A DNA stretch of 64,000 bases from an uncultured Ruminococcus sp. (lineage in GTDB: Bacteria > Bacillota > Clostridia > Oscillospirales > CAG-382). Within the stretch, counting starts at the first letter, position 1, and each line of letters begins with the position of its first letter. Below, piece after piece: positions 30,596-39,725 of this stretch. Location: assembly GCA_902772845.1 (NCBI GenBank), contig CACYCI010000018.1, positions 2,305-66,304 on the forward strand, given 5' to 3'. The notes below the pieces were generated by a model, which searched no databases, was not told the origin of the DNA, and saw only the letters and a list, made by a program, of their open reading frames with translations. The position numbers were made by a program, and so were the translations under genes.

Positions 30596-30635
30596 CATTT
30601 TATAAATGAGTAACTACCGTCAGGAGGGATACGCC

Positions 30636-31322
30636 TTGGAAGGAACGCACGAAGGCCACCGGTCCAGACTGCGCGAGCAGTATCTTAACGGCGGCTGCGC
30701 AGCTTTGGGTGACGTCGGAGTGCTGGAGCTTATGCTCACTTACGCCATTCCGCGGCGTGACGTCCGTCCGATCGCGGAAAAACTGCTGGCGAGGTTCGGC
30801 ACGCTGGACGCACTTTTCGGCGCGGACGTGGAAACTATCGCCGCCACCGGACTCGTCAGCAAAAACGCCGCCGTGTTCATCCATTTAACGGGCGAACGCG
30901 CCTACCGCCGCGCAGCGCCTTCGGGCTGCTTTTGCGTTGCGGACGACGCAGCCGCGGCGCAGATATTCGCTCAGGTGTTCAAAGACGCTTCCGCCGAATT
31001 AGTTTACGTGCTGTGCCTGGGCCATGACCGCTGCCTGCTTTACCGCGGCGTGGTGTTCCGCGGCGACATCAATTCGGTAAAGTTCCGCATACGCGATATA
31101 ACCGAACCCGCCGTTTATTGCGATTCGCCTTACGTTTATATAGCGCACAATCATATTTCCGGCGCCGGATACCCTTCGGCCTTCGACGTCGACACCACTC
31201 GCCGGATCGCCGATTCGCTCGCATCCAACGAAATAACGCTTTGCGAACATTTTGTGTTCCGCGGCGAAACGTACAAGGGCGTTTACGAAATGATACGCAA
31301 AAAAGAGGGAGGATCCGAATGA
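30636..31322 (+). CDS. radC: RadC-like JAB/MPN domain protein
   Basis: HEGHRSRLREQYL N-terminus and JAMM-type HNHISGAGYPSAFD. Start placed at TTG 30636, 7 nt after AGGAGGG. The track's ATG 30606 lies only 10 nt past the -10 box and has no SD. Confidence 0.82.
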   Translation: MEGTHEGHRSRLREQYLNGGCAALGDVGVLELMLTYAIPRRDVRPIAEKLLARFGTLDALFGADVETIAATGLVSKNAAVFIHLTGERAYRRAAPSGCFCVADDAAAAQIFAQVFKDASAELVYVLCLGHDRCLLYRGVVFRGDINSVKFRIRDITEPAVYCDSPYVYIAHNHISGAGYPSAFDVDTTRRIADSLASNEITLCEHFVFRGETYKGVYEMIRKKEGGSE

Positions 31323-31816
31323 TACAGACAGCAGTCATGTTTTCCATGAACAACAACCGCATAGCCAGGTTCGAAAAAGTCGATCCGTCGCTCACCGGGA
31401 TCCCCGCGCAGGATATTATCCTGCCCGTGCGCGCCACGGCGGGTTCCGCCGGGTACGATATCCGCACTCCGTTCGCGTTCACGCTCGAGCCGGGGCAAAG
31501 CACCGCCATTTGCACCGGTCTGCGCTGCTTTATGCAGCCCGGCTGGGTGCTCATGATCTATCCGCGCTCCGGGCTGGGGCGCAAATACCGCCTGCGGCTG
31601 GATAATACTACCGGCGTTATAGACAGCGATTATTATTTTTCGCAAAATCAGGGCCATATCATCGTCCCGCTCACAAACTGCGGCGACAAAACGCTCACCC
31701 TCGCAAAAGGCGAATCGTTCTGCCAGGGCGTTTTTCTGCCGTTCGGCATTACCTATGACGATCACGCCACCGCCGTCCGCGACGGCGGGTTCGGCAGCAC
31801 CGACGCAAAAAAATAA
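31319..31816 (+). CDS. dut: dUTP diphosphatase
   Basis: Motifs RATAGSAGYDIR, YPRSGLG, GVIDSDY, RDGGFGST. ATG 31319 overlaps the radC stop (ATGA). The track's upstream extension is Arg-rich junk. Confidence 0.86.
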   Translation: MIQTAVMFSMNNNRIARFEKVDPSLTGIPAQDIILPVRATAGSAGYDIRTPFAFTLEPGQSTAICTGLRCFMQPGWVLMIYPRSGLGRKYRLRLDNTTGVIDSDYYFSQNQGHIIVPLTNCGDKTLTLAKGESFCQGVFLPFGITYDDHATAVRDGGFGSTDAKK

Positions 31817-31840
31817 CAGAGCAGTAAAGGAGAATTGCTT

Positions 31841-32299
31841 ATGAAATGCCCCGCTTGCGCATACGAAGAAAGCAAAGTCGTCGATAGCCGCCCTTCGCCC
31901 GACGGCAATATGATACGCCGCCGGCGCGAATGCCTTGCGTGCGGAAAAAGGTTCACCACATACGAGACCATAGAGACCGCGCCGCTGGTCGTGGTCAAAC
32001 GCGACCGTTCGCGCGAGGCGTACGACAGGAACAAACTGCTTTCGTCCATAATCCGCTGCTGCGGCAAACGTCAGGTTTCGCGCCGGCAGATGGAAGATAT
32101 GGTCAACGAAATAGAGTATAAGCTTCAGAATACGCTTAGCGGCGAAGTCGCCACGACCGAGATAGGCGAGCTGGTCATGGAAAAGCTGCGCCATACCGAC
32201 GAAGTCGCGTATATCCGTTTCGCTTCTGTCTACCGCGAATTCCGCGACGTGGGCGACTTTATGGAAGAGCTCAAAAAGCTGAGCGAAGAAAAGAAATGA
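31841..32299 (+). CDS. nrdR: Transcriptional repressor NrdR
   Basis: MKCPACAYEESKVVDSRP...CLACGKRFTTYE zinc ribbon plus ATP-cone. ATG 31841 behind AAGGAG. Confidence 0.93.
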   Translation: MKCPACAYEESKVVDSRPSPDGNMIRRRRECLACGKRFTTYETIETAPLVVVKRDRSREAYDRNKLLSSIIRCCGKRQVSRRQMEDMVNEIEYKLQNTLSGEVATTEIGELVMEKLRHTDEVAYIRFASVYREFRDVGDFMEELKKLSEEKK

Positions 32300-32472
32300 T
32301 ATAAAAAGAGGTAAAGAGTTTATAGATTCGCGACGGTATAAGCGACATTGAAATATTAAAGACCCTCAGAGACAAGTTCTGACCGGAATGATTCTTCAGC
32401 GCAGCAATATGCGGTATCAATCCGCATTTGCCCGTATACAGAAATAACGTCTGCACCGGCGGTAAAGATCCG

Positions 32473-32516
32473 ATACGCCCCGAGCCGATCTTTGGCTTGG
32501 GGCGTATTTTTGTTTT
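32473..32516 (+). terminator. Strong rho-independent terminator ~170 nt downstream of nrdR
   Basis: 14-bp stem atacgccccgagcc / ggcttggggcgtat, loop gatcttt, then TTTTTGTTTT. Confidence 0.7.
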
Positions 32517-32534
32517 GGCGCGCGTTGTTTTTTC

Positions 32535-32563
32535 TTGCAATATAAATAAAAAGGTGTTATAAT
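32535..32563 (+). promoter_or_regulatory. Candidate promoter of the four-gene envelope operon (extended -10)
   Basis: TTGCAA 32535-32540, 17-nt spacer, TGtTATAAT 32555-32563. Confidence 0.5.
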
Positions 32564-32596
32564 AATATCAAAGACATCAGAATGGAGTGGTATAGC

Positions 32597-33946
32597 TTGA
32601 TCAAAAAGATCCTTTGCCTTTTGCTGCTCGTATGCGTGTTCGCCGTTTCCTGCTCCGGCGGCAATGTTCCTGCCGAAAGCTCCGCTGCCGGATCCGACGG
32701 GTCGGACGCCGACGGCGCGGAACAGAGCGAAACGTCCCTCGGCGAAGAATCCGCCCCTGCCGATATCCCGCTGCCGCGCACGGAAGCCGAAGTCAAAAGG
32801 TACCGCTCCGGCGAAACAGATTCGGAACCCGTAGCCGTGGCTGAATACATTACCGCCGAAGACCGCCGCGGCATAGTGGGCGGCACCTGCCCCGAAGGCG
32901 CGGAAGTTTTCGCGGTGCTGCGCAGCAAGGTCATCGGCTACGCGGCAGGCAGTCACGGCACGTTCATACTCGAGCTGCCGCTGCCGCAGAGCGAAAGCGC
33001 GCTGGACGTAAAGCTTTACTGCTCCGAACAGGGGAAAAACGTGTCGACGCCCGTCACCGTAAAGCTTTCCTCTTACGCCACCGGCGAATACCCCGCGCCG
33101 GGCGTGGTCTGGGTGGGCAAAAACGGCTGGCTGTTTTTTAACAATACCGAAAAACAGTTCACCAATAACGAAGATCTTTCGCAGCGCGTGATAAACCGCA
33201 TATCCAACCGCACTCAAAGGCGCGTCGAAGCGCTCGCGAACCACGGCACCGAACTTATCTACGTGCTCATCCCCAACCCCAACGAGCTTTACCCGCAGGA
33301 AATGCCCGATTCCATACAACAGGGGAGCGTTTCCTTGCGTGAGCAGGCCGCCGCCGCGCTTTCGCAGGCGGGCGCCACGGTAATAGATATGGGGCCCGCG
33401 CTCAAAGCGCAGCTGGGTTCCGGCCGCGAGCTTTACCACCATACGGATTCGCACTGGACCGAATACGCAGCGTATTTCGCGTACAAGTCGATATGCGACG
33501 TGTTTTCAAAGCGTTTCCCCGGCGCCGCCGCGCGCGATATTTCGGAATTCGGTTTTTCCGAAGAATTCCGCGAAGCGGGCGACCTGTATTACGACCTGGG
33601 GATGCAGAAGCATCTGCTCAAATTCCGTTCCACTTTTTCGCACATAACCTTTGAAACTCCCGTCGACCGTCCCAAATACGCTTCGCCCTCCTCCACCGTC
33701 ATAAACAACGACAACATGGAATATATGCAGTTCGTCAACCCGGAAGGCGCCGGCAAGCCCTCGTTCCTCATGCTTCGCGACAGCTATTCCATAATGCTGT
33801 TCGACTGGCTTGCGGAACGCGCGTCGGTATCGTATTACAAACCGCTTTGGGAATTCGAGATCAGCGCCGAAGAGGCCGCCGCGCTCGAAGTAGACTACGT
33901 TATTGTTTTCATCTGCGATATGAACTTGAACAGCGTGCTCAAATAG
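32597..33946 (+). CDS. Lipoprotein with AlgX/AlgJ-like SGNH (DHHW-family) domain, putative polysaccharide O-acyltransferase
   Basis: Lipobox FAVSC. ELYHHTDSHWTEYAAYFAYKSICDVFSKRFP. TTG 32597 (GGAG upstream) is preferred to the track's ATG 32582, which lacks an SD. Confidence 0.72.
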   Translation: MIKKILCLLLLVCVFAVSCSGGNVPAESSAAGSDGSDADGAEQSETSLGEESAPADIPLPRTEAEVKRYRSGETDSEPVAVAEYITAEDRRGIVGGTCPEGAEVFAVLRSKVIGYAAGSHGTFILELPLPQSESALDVKLYCSEQGKNVSTPVTVKLSSYATGEYPAPGVVWVGKNGWLFFNNTEKQFTNNEDLSQRVINRISNRTQRRVEALANHGTELIYVLIPNPNELYPQEMPDSIQQGSVSLREQAAAALSQAGATVIDMGPALKAQLGSGRELYHHTDSHWTEYAAYFAYKSICDVFSKRFPGAAARDISEFGFSEEFREAGDLYYDLGMQKHLLKFRSTFSHITFETPVDRPKYASPSSTVINNDNMEYMQFVNPEGAGKPSFLMLRDSYSIMLFDWLAERASVSYYKPLWEFEISAEEAAALEVDYVIVFICDMNLNSVLK

Positions 33947-33983
33947 GCATTGAGCTTACGCATTTTATGAAAGGAACATTACC

Positions 33984-36554
33984 ATGAAAAGACTTGTCTC
34001 ACTCGTGCTCGCGCTGGTGATCGTGCTTTCGGCGGCTCCCGCCGTCTTTGCAAACGTATCTCTCGCATCACAGACGCCGGAATCGTATTTCTGGCTTTCC
34101 GCGGCAAACGGCGTTACGCCTTCGGTCTCGTTCGTCATACCGGAATCCGCCATTCCCGCTTCGGGCGTGATAACGCTGCGCGCGCGGGTGCGTTTCGGCA
34201 ACGATCTTTATGTGCAGGATCACGGTATAGCTTACGTCAACTGCTATTCTTACTCCGACATCGAACACGTCGGCAATTTCAGCTATCTTATCAACTTCAC
34301 CGATTTTGCAAAATCCAACGCCTCGTTTGCCGAAAACGGAGGCGCTCCGGTCCTGGGCGAGTGGACGGATTTCACTTATGATTTCGATATAGGCGACGCC
34401 GCTTACGCGCTGATAAAGGAAGACACGCGCGTTTCGGTCTCCGACGGCAGGGCGACGTGCCGCGCGCTCGCCGTAAGCGTGGGGTATTATCTCGCCGAAG
34501 GCACGATCGACATAGCGTCGGTATCCGCCGAATACGGCGGCAGCGCCTTCTGGGCGGTCGATTTTTCCGCGTTCGACCCGGCAGCCGACAATTCGCGGCT
34601 CTATCTGTCTTCGCTTTCCGGCATATCCGCCGAAACCGAAGGGATCAACTGGGGCCACGGGACTTCCGGTCAGCAGCCCGCTTCCGAGCTGCTCGGCGAT
34701 TTCGATAACAGCGGCGTGTTCAATTCCGCCGACGCTATATACCTGCTGCGTTACGTACTGTTCGGCGAAGAATATCCCATCACCCAGTCCGGCGACGTCG
34801 ATCTCGACGGCAAAGAGACTTCGGCCGACGCCATACTCACGCTGAGATGCGTGCTTTTCCCGGACGATTATCTGGCGCTGCGCACGCTCGAAAACGTAGC
34901 GCTCGGTAAAAAATATACAGCCAAATCGCGCAATTACCGTTCCGATCCGTACGGTGACAGCAACGACGATCAGGGCATCCGCCCGAGGTTCAAGCTCACC
35001 GACGGACTTGTTGCCAACACCGGGGATTCGGCGCGCATCGCCGGCTATTCCACCGATACGCTTTCGGTCATAGTCGATCTCGAACACACCTGCCTGCTCA
35101 AGGGAGCAAGCATAGATATCTGGGGCGGACAGTTCGGTATCTCCACTCCGGACAAGATAAAGGTAACGTATTCGGTTTCCGACGACGGCATCAGCTTCAC
35201 CAAGCTCGGCACCGTCAGCATCAGGGCATCCGCCGTTACCGCGGAGGGCGACTGGAAAAAAGCCGAATTCAAGCTTAAGATAAACGACGTCCGCGCAAGG
35301 TTCCTGCGTGCGGATATCGTCACGCCCGACTGGGTCTGGGCTTCCGAACTGACCGCCGAAGGTTACACGCTTTCCGGCGAAGGCCGGCTTTCGGATATCC
35401 CCAAGGTGTATGTCGATACCAACGGCGCGGAGATAATCAAGAGCGATTATCGCGAATGCTCCATAACCGTTTACGATCCCACCGGCAAGTATTCTACCAT
35501 CGTCGACCCTCAGGCGACCATAAAGGTGCGCGGCAACTCCACCTCGTCCGGCGCAAAACAGCCGTATAACATCAAATTCAACAAAAAGCAGAACGTGCTG
35601 GGGTTCGGCAAGTGCAAAAAGTGGTATCTCATAGCCAATATGTACGATAAGACGCAGCTCCGCAACAAGCTCGCCTACGGCCTTGCCGACGATATCGGCA
35701 TGGCGTACGTCCAGCAGTCTGAATTCTGCGAACTGTACGTAAACGGCGAATACCGCGGTATGTATATGTTTTGCGAATCCATAGGCGTGGGCGACACCCG
35801 CGTGGATATAGACGTCGAAGGCAACGAATTCCTGTTCGAATACGAACCGTGGCCGCAGTATTCCAACGACGAATGGTTCACCACCCCGCGCTACAACATC
35901 ATACTCGGGCTCAACGATCCCGAGATCCCCACCGCCGATCAGCGCGCCTATATGCAGGAATTCTTCACCGGCATGGAAGACGCGATCCATTCGCAGAAAT
36001 ACGAAGAGATAATAAAATACGTAGATCTTCAGTCGTTCATCGACGCATTCATAGTACAGGAATTCTTCAAGCAGGTCGATTACGGCACAAGCTCCACGCG
36101 CTTTTATATCAAGGACGGTATGCTCTACGAAGGCCCCGTATGGGATTTCGACCTTTCTTCCGGCAACTGCTCTTCCACCTATTACCAAGCTTACAATAAC
36201 GTAAACGGCTCCGGGCTTTCGTGGCAGGGCAGACATTGCTACTCCATCTGGAACGGCCGCCTGTTCAGAGTCCCGCAAATAATGGATATGGTCAAGGCGC
36301 GCTATAAAGAGCTGCAGCCGTATATCGTCAATATCTACCAAGACAACGAGCTTGGCAAGAATCAGATCGACCGCCTGCTCGAGGGATATCAAAAAGATAT
36401 CGACCGCAACTACACCCGCTGGTACACCGACGTCATTTACAGCTCGCTCGAAAAAGAGCTCGTCGACGGCACTTACGAAGCGGAGATAGATTATCTGCGC
36501 GACTGGTTCAAAAACCGCAACGAGTGGATGCTTTCCGATTTCGGCATAGAATAA
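33984..36554 (+). CDS. Secreted multidomain protein: signal peptide, dockerin, discoidin-like module, C-terminal CotH kinase-like domain
   Basis: 856 aa. Signal peptide ...PAVFA|N. Dockerin segments GDFDNSGVFNSADAIYLLRYVL and GDVDLDGKETSADAILTLRCVL. CotH-type KQPYNIKFNKK, LYVNGEYRGMYMFCESI, GPVWDFDLSSGN. Confidence 0.85.
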   Translation: MKRLVSLVLALVIVLSAAPAVFANVSLASQTPESYFWLSAANGVTPSVSFVIPESAIPASGVITLRARVRFGNDLYVQDHGIAYVNCYSYSDIEHVGNFSYLINFTDFAKSNASFAENGGAPVLGEWTDFTYDFDIGDAAYALIKEDTRVSVSDGRATCRALAVSVGYYLAEGTIDIASVSAEYGGSAFWAVDFSAFDPAADNSRLYLSSLSGISAETEGINWGHGTSGQQPASELLGDFDNSGVFNSADAIYLLRYVLFGEEYPITQSGDVDLDGKETSADAILTLRCVLFPDDYLALRTLENVALGKKYTAKSRNYRSDPYGDSNDDQGIRPRFKLTDGLVANTGDSARIAGYSTDTLSVIVDLEHTCLLKGASIDIWGGQFGISTPDKIKVTYSVSDDGISFTKLGTVSIRASAVTAEGDWKKAEFKLKINDVRARFLRADIVTPDWVWASELTAEGYTLSGEGRLSDIPKVYVDTNGAEIIKSDYRECSITVYDPTGKYSTIVDPQATIKVRGNSTSSGAKQPYNIKFNKKQNVLGFGKCKKWYLIANMYDKTQLRNKLAYGLADDIGMAYVQQSEFCELYVNGEYRGMYMFCESIGVGDTRVDIDVEGNEFLFEYEPWPQYSNDEWFTTPRYNIILGLNDPEIPTADQRAYMQEFFTGMEDAIHSQKYEEIIKYVDLQSFIDAFIVQEFFKQVDYGTSSTRFYIKDGMLYEGPVWDFDLSSGNCSSTYYQAYNNVNGSGLSWQGRHCYSIWNGRLFRVPQIMDMVKARYKELQPYIVNIYQDNELGKNQIDRLLEGYQKDIDRNYTRWYTDVIYSSLEKELVDGTYEAEIDYLRDWFKNRNEWMLSDFGIE

Positions 36555-36587
36555 CGTTTTTTCCGCAAAAGAAAGGACCGTTTTGAA

Positions 36588-38087
36588 ATGAAAAGGGAAT
36601 TCCTGCGAGAAGACGGCTTTGTGTTCAGGCATCCGTTCGCCGTTACCGCGCTTGCCTGCTTTGCTTCGGCGCTGCTGTTCGATTATTCCGCAAACCGGCT
36701 GACCACGCTTTCGGCGATCCTGCTTGCAGCGGCAGCCGCGGCGCTTGTCGCGCTCGCGGTGTACTGGCTCGTCAACGGCATGCTCACGCCGAAACGCGCC
36801 GCGTTCCTTATTCTTGCGTTTTCGTTCCTTATAAAGCTCATATACGTGCTTTGCACCGGCGTCGGCGAACGCCAGCACGACGTCGGCTCGTTCAAGCTGA
36901 CGTCCAACGGGCACGCCGGAATGATAATGCGTATGTGGAACGGCGAATTCTTCCCGCCCAAAATAACCAGCATGTGGTATCATCCGCCGCTCCATTACGC
37001 GCTGGAAGCGCTGTGGATGCGGCTGATCACCCTGCGCGGCGTGGCGTTTGAAACCGCGCGCTGCTATGCCACCGCGCTCACGCTGTTCTATTCGTGCGCT
37101 TCCGCGCTCGTGTGCCTTAAACTGTTCGGGGAATTCAAGTTAAAAGAGACCACCCGCAATATGTGCCTGGCGCTCGTCGCGTTCCACCCTTCGTTCATCA
37201 TACTTTCCGCAAGTTATAATAACGATATGCTTTCGGTGCTGTTCATGCTCGCCGCGCTGCTTTTCGCGGTGCGCTGGTACCGCAGACCGGGGTACGGCAA
37301 CACGGTCGCGCTGGCGCTGGCAATAGGGCTGGGCATGATGACAAAGCTTTCGGCGGCGTACGTCGCGCCCGCCACGGCGGTGCTGTTCCTTGTAAAGTTC
37401 GTCCAAAGCAAAGGCGAAAGGGCGCGCCTGTTCCGTCTGTTCTGCGTTTTCGGCGCCGTTTGTATCCCGCTCGGGACATGGTGGTCGTTTTATCTGCGTA
37501 TCGCGCACGGGCTGCCGTTCGGCTACGTTATGCGGCTGGATAATTCGCTGCCGCAGTATATCGGGCAGTATTCTGTCGTTCAGCGCCTGTTCGGGATACC
37601 CCACAGCTTTTCCGAAGGCATCTGGTTCGCCCGCGGCGACTACGGATATTCGTTCTACGAATACAACATACCTTCCGCCATAGTCAAGACCTCGGTCTTC
37701 GGCGAATGGCAGATCGGCAAGGGCGGCGCGTTCACCGAACTGCTCGCACACGCGCTGGTCATACTCAACGCCGCGCTCATTCTGTTTTCGCTCTGGTGCG
37801 CGGCAGGCGCGCTGTTCAAAAAGAAAAACGTGCCGCAAGGCGCGGAAAAATGGTTCATATATCTGTTTTGGCTCACGGTGATGGGGCTGTACGTCAAGTT
37901 CTGCTTTGATTTTCCGCACAACTGCACCATGGATTTCCGCTATATCGTCCCGACCACGGCGGTCGGCGCGCTGCTTATCGGCGTGTATACCGACTCGGCG
38001 GAAAGCAAATGGTTAAAACGCTGCGCCGCCGGCGCGATATACGCGTTCTGCGCGGTCAGCGCGCTGCTTTACTCTGTTTGCGCCTGA
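36588..38087 (+). CDS. GT-C fold integral membrane glycosyltransferase (PMT_2/ArnT-like)
   Basis: 499 aa with >10 hydrophobic segments. First external loop has GERQHDV and YHPPLHY. GLGMMTKLSA as in GT39/GT83-type enzymes. Confidence 0.72.
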   Translation: MKREFLREDGFVFRHPFAVTALACFASALLFDYSANRLTTLSAILLAAAAAALVALAVYWLVNGMLTPKRAAFLILAFSFLIKLIYVLCTGVGERQHDVGSFKLTSNGHAGMIMRMWNGEFFPPKITSMWYHPPLHYALEALWMRLITLRGVAFETARCYATALTLFYSCASALVCLKLFGEFKLKETTRNMCLALVAFHPSFIILSASYNNDMLSVLFMLAALLFAVRWYRRPGYGNTVALALAIGLGMMTKLSAAYVAPATAVLFLVKFVQSKGERARLFRLFCVFGAVCIPLGTWWSFYLRIAHGLPFGYVMRLDNSLPQYIGQYSVVQRLFGIPHSFSEGIWFARGDYGYSFYEYNIPSAIVKTSVFGEWQIGKGGAFTELLAHALVILNAALILFSLWCAAGALFKKKNVPQGAEKWFIYLFWLTVMGLYVKFCFDFPHNCTMDFRYIVPTTAVGALLIGVYTDSAESKWLKRCAAGAIYAFCAVSALLYSVCA

Positions 38088-38122
38088 TATGATATTAACC
38101 GTTAAAAAGAAGGGAACGGGTC

Positions 38123-39661
38123 ATGGAAAACAAAAAGACCGCTGTTATAATAGGCGCCGGCCCCGCGGGGCTGACCGCCGCTTACGAGCTGCTCACCAAG
38201 ACGGATATACACCCCGTCATACTTGAAGAAAGCGGCGAGATCGGAGGCATTTCGCGCACGGTGGTATATAAAGGCAACCGCATGGACATAGGCGGCCACC
38301 GCTTTTTCACCAAAGACGACCGCGTCGACGAGCTGTGGCGGCATATAATGCCGGTCCAGGGCGCGCCTTCGTTCGACGACGCGCTGCTCGGGCGCGAAAA
38401 GCCGCTTGCTCCCGGCGGGCCGGATCCCGAAAAGACCGACCGCGTCATGCTGGTGCGCACCCGCGTTTCGCGCATATATTTCCTTAAAAAATTTTTTGCA
38501 TACCCAATTTCGCTTTCGTGGCAGACCATACGCAACATGGGCTTTTGGCGCACGCTCAAAGCCGGCTGCGGCTATATGTGGTCGGCGGTCTTCAAAAAGA
38601 AAGAGACCAACCTGCGCAATTTCTATATAAACCGTTTCGGCAAGCCGCTTTACGAAATGTTTTTCGAAGACTACACCGAAAAAGTCTGGGGCGTGGATCC
38701 CAAAAACATTTCCGCCGAATGGGGCGCGCAGCGCGTAAAAGGGCTTTCGCTGTTCAAGGCGGTCTGGGCAAAGATCAGCGCGCCGTTCAGAAAGAAAGAT
38801 CCCAAAAAAGTCGAAACTTCGCTTATAGAGCAATACGTGTACCCCAAAAAGGGCCCGGGCCAGCTTTGGGAAGCGCTTGCCGACGAGGTCCGCTCGCTCG
38901 GCGGCGAGATCATAATGAACGCACGCGTCGACGACGTCCGTTCCGAAAACGGCAGGATAGTTTCCGTCCGCGCCGGCGGAAAAGAATATTCGGGCGATTA
39001 TTTCATTTCTTCAATGCCCGTAAAGGATCTGTGCGACAGTATGCACGGCGTCCCCGAAGAGGTGCTCGCCGTCACACACGAGCTGCCTTACCGCGATTTT
39101 ATCACCGTGGGGCTGCTGTGCGACAAGCTTAAGATACGCAATACCACCAAAATGAAGACGCTGGGCGATATAGTCCCCGATTGCTGGATCTATGTGCAGG
39201 AACGCGACGTCCGGCTGGGCAGACTTCAGATATTCAACAACTGGTCGCCGTATATGGTCGCCGATCCCGAGCACACGGTGTGGATGGGGCTCGAGTATTT
39301 CTGCACCGAAGGCGACGATCTGTGGAATATGCCGGATGATGAGTTTATAGGATTCGCCAAGCGCGAAGCGGCGCACATAGGCGTGGTGGACGAAGCGGAT
39401 ATAAAAGACGCGGTCCGCGTGAAGGTGCGCAAGGCGTACCCTTCGTATTTCGGCACTTACGAACGTTTTTCCGTCGCGCGCGAATGGCTGCAAAGCTTTG
39501 TAAACCTTTACTGCGTGGGCAGAAACGGCCAGCACCGCTATAACAACATGGACCATTCCATGCTTTCGGCAATGGTCGCGGTCGATTCCATACGCACGGG
39601 CAAAGACCGGCTCGCCTGCTGGGACGTGAATACCGAAAAAGAATATCACGAAAAGAAATGA
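38123..39661 (+). CDS. FAD-dependent oxidoreductase, UDP-galactopyranose-mutase/amine-oxidase-like fold
   Basis: 512 aa with no signal peptide. [16 protein letters not shown]...EESGEIGG dinucleotide fold, [17 protein letters not shown] (UGM-like YTxKxWG). Confidence 0.78.
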   Translation: MENKKTAVIIGAGPAGLTAAYELLTKTDIHPVILEESGEIGGISRTVVYKGNRMDIGGHRFFTKDDRVDELWRHIMPVQGAPSFDDALLGREKPLAPGGPDPEKTDRVMLVRTRVSRIYFLKKFFAYPISLSWQTIRNMGFWRTLKAGCGYMWSAVFKKKETNLRNFYINRFGKPLYEMFFEDYTEKVWGVDPKNISAEWGAQRVKGLSLFKAVWAKISAPFRKKDPKKVETSLIEQYVYPKKGPGQLWEALADEVRSLGGEIIMNARVDDVRSENGRIVSVRAGGKEYSGDYFISSMPVKDLCDSMHGVPEEVLAVTHELPYRDFITVGLLCDKLKIRNTTKMKTLGDIVPDCWIYVQERDVRLGRLQIFNNWSPYMVADPEHTVWMGLEYFCTEGDDLWNMPDDEFIGFAKREAAHIGVVDEADIKDAVRVKVRKAYPSYFGTYERFSVAREWLQSFVNLYCVGRNGQHRYNNMDHSMLSAMVAVDSIRTGKDRLACWDVNTEKEYHEKK

Positions 39662-39676
39662 CTCCGCAAAAAAACG

Positions 39677-39716
39677 CTGCCGGAAAAGGAAAGCCCTTTT
39701 CCGGCAGATTTTTTTC
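39677..39716. terminator. Bidirectional rho-independent terminator
   Basis: 13-bp stem ctgccggaaaagg / ccttttccggcag, with an A-run upstream and TTTTTTT downstream. Lies between convergent genes. Confidence 0.7.
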
Positions 39717-39725
39717 GGCGGCAAA

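Noticed and set aside
29345-30598. N-terminal extensions in the ORF track for the oxidoreductase here, and likewise for rpe 48445-49302, dut 31118-, NusG_II 51275-, Gx 51769-, rnfE 55164-, rnfA 55847-, miaB 62463-, htrA 25624- and rbgA 11640-
   Set aside because: Internal starts have good SDs and give canonical family N-termini. The extensions are Arg-rich or overlap the preceding gene.
32350-32470. Possible SRP RNA helix 8 (ccggaa...gcagcaat) or guanidine-I/ykkC-like (caccggcggtaaag) similarity in the nrdR-downstream element
   Set aside because: Only short fragments match. The GGAA tetraloop closing pairs and the order of the conserved ykkC blocks are not satisfied, so no RNA-family call is made.
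34068-36995. 975-aa minus-strand ORF, the longest in the track
   Set aside because: Its codon phase matches that of both sense genes (33984 and 36588 share a frame), so it is their reverse-complement shadow. The composition is junk-like (R, G, A, V, F) and there are no start signals.
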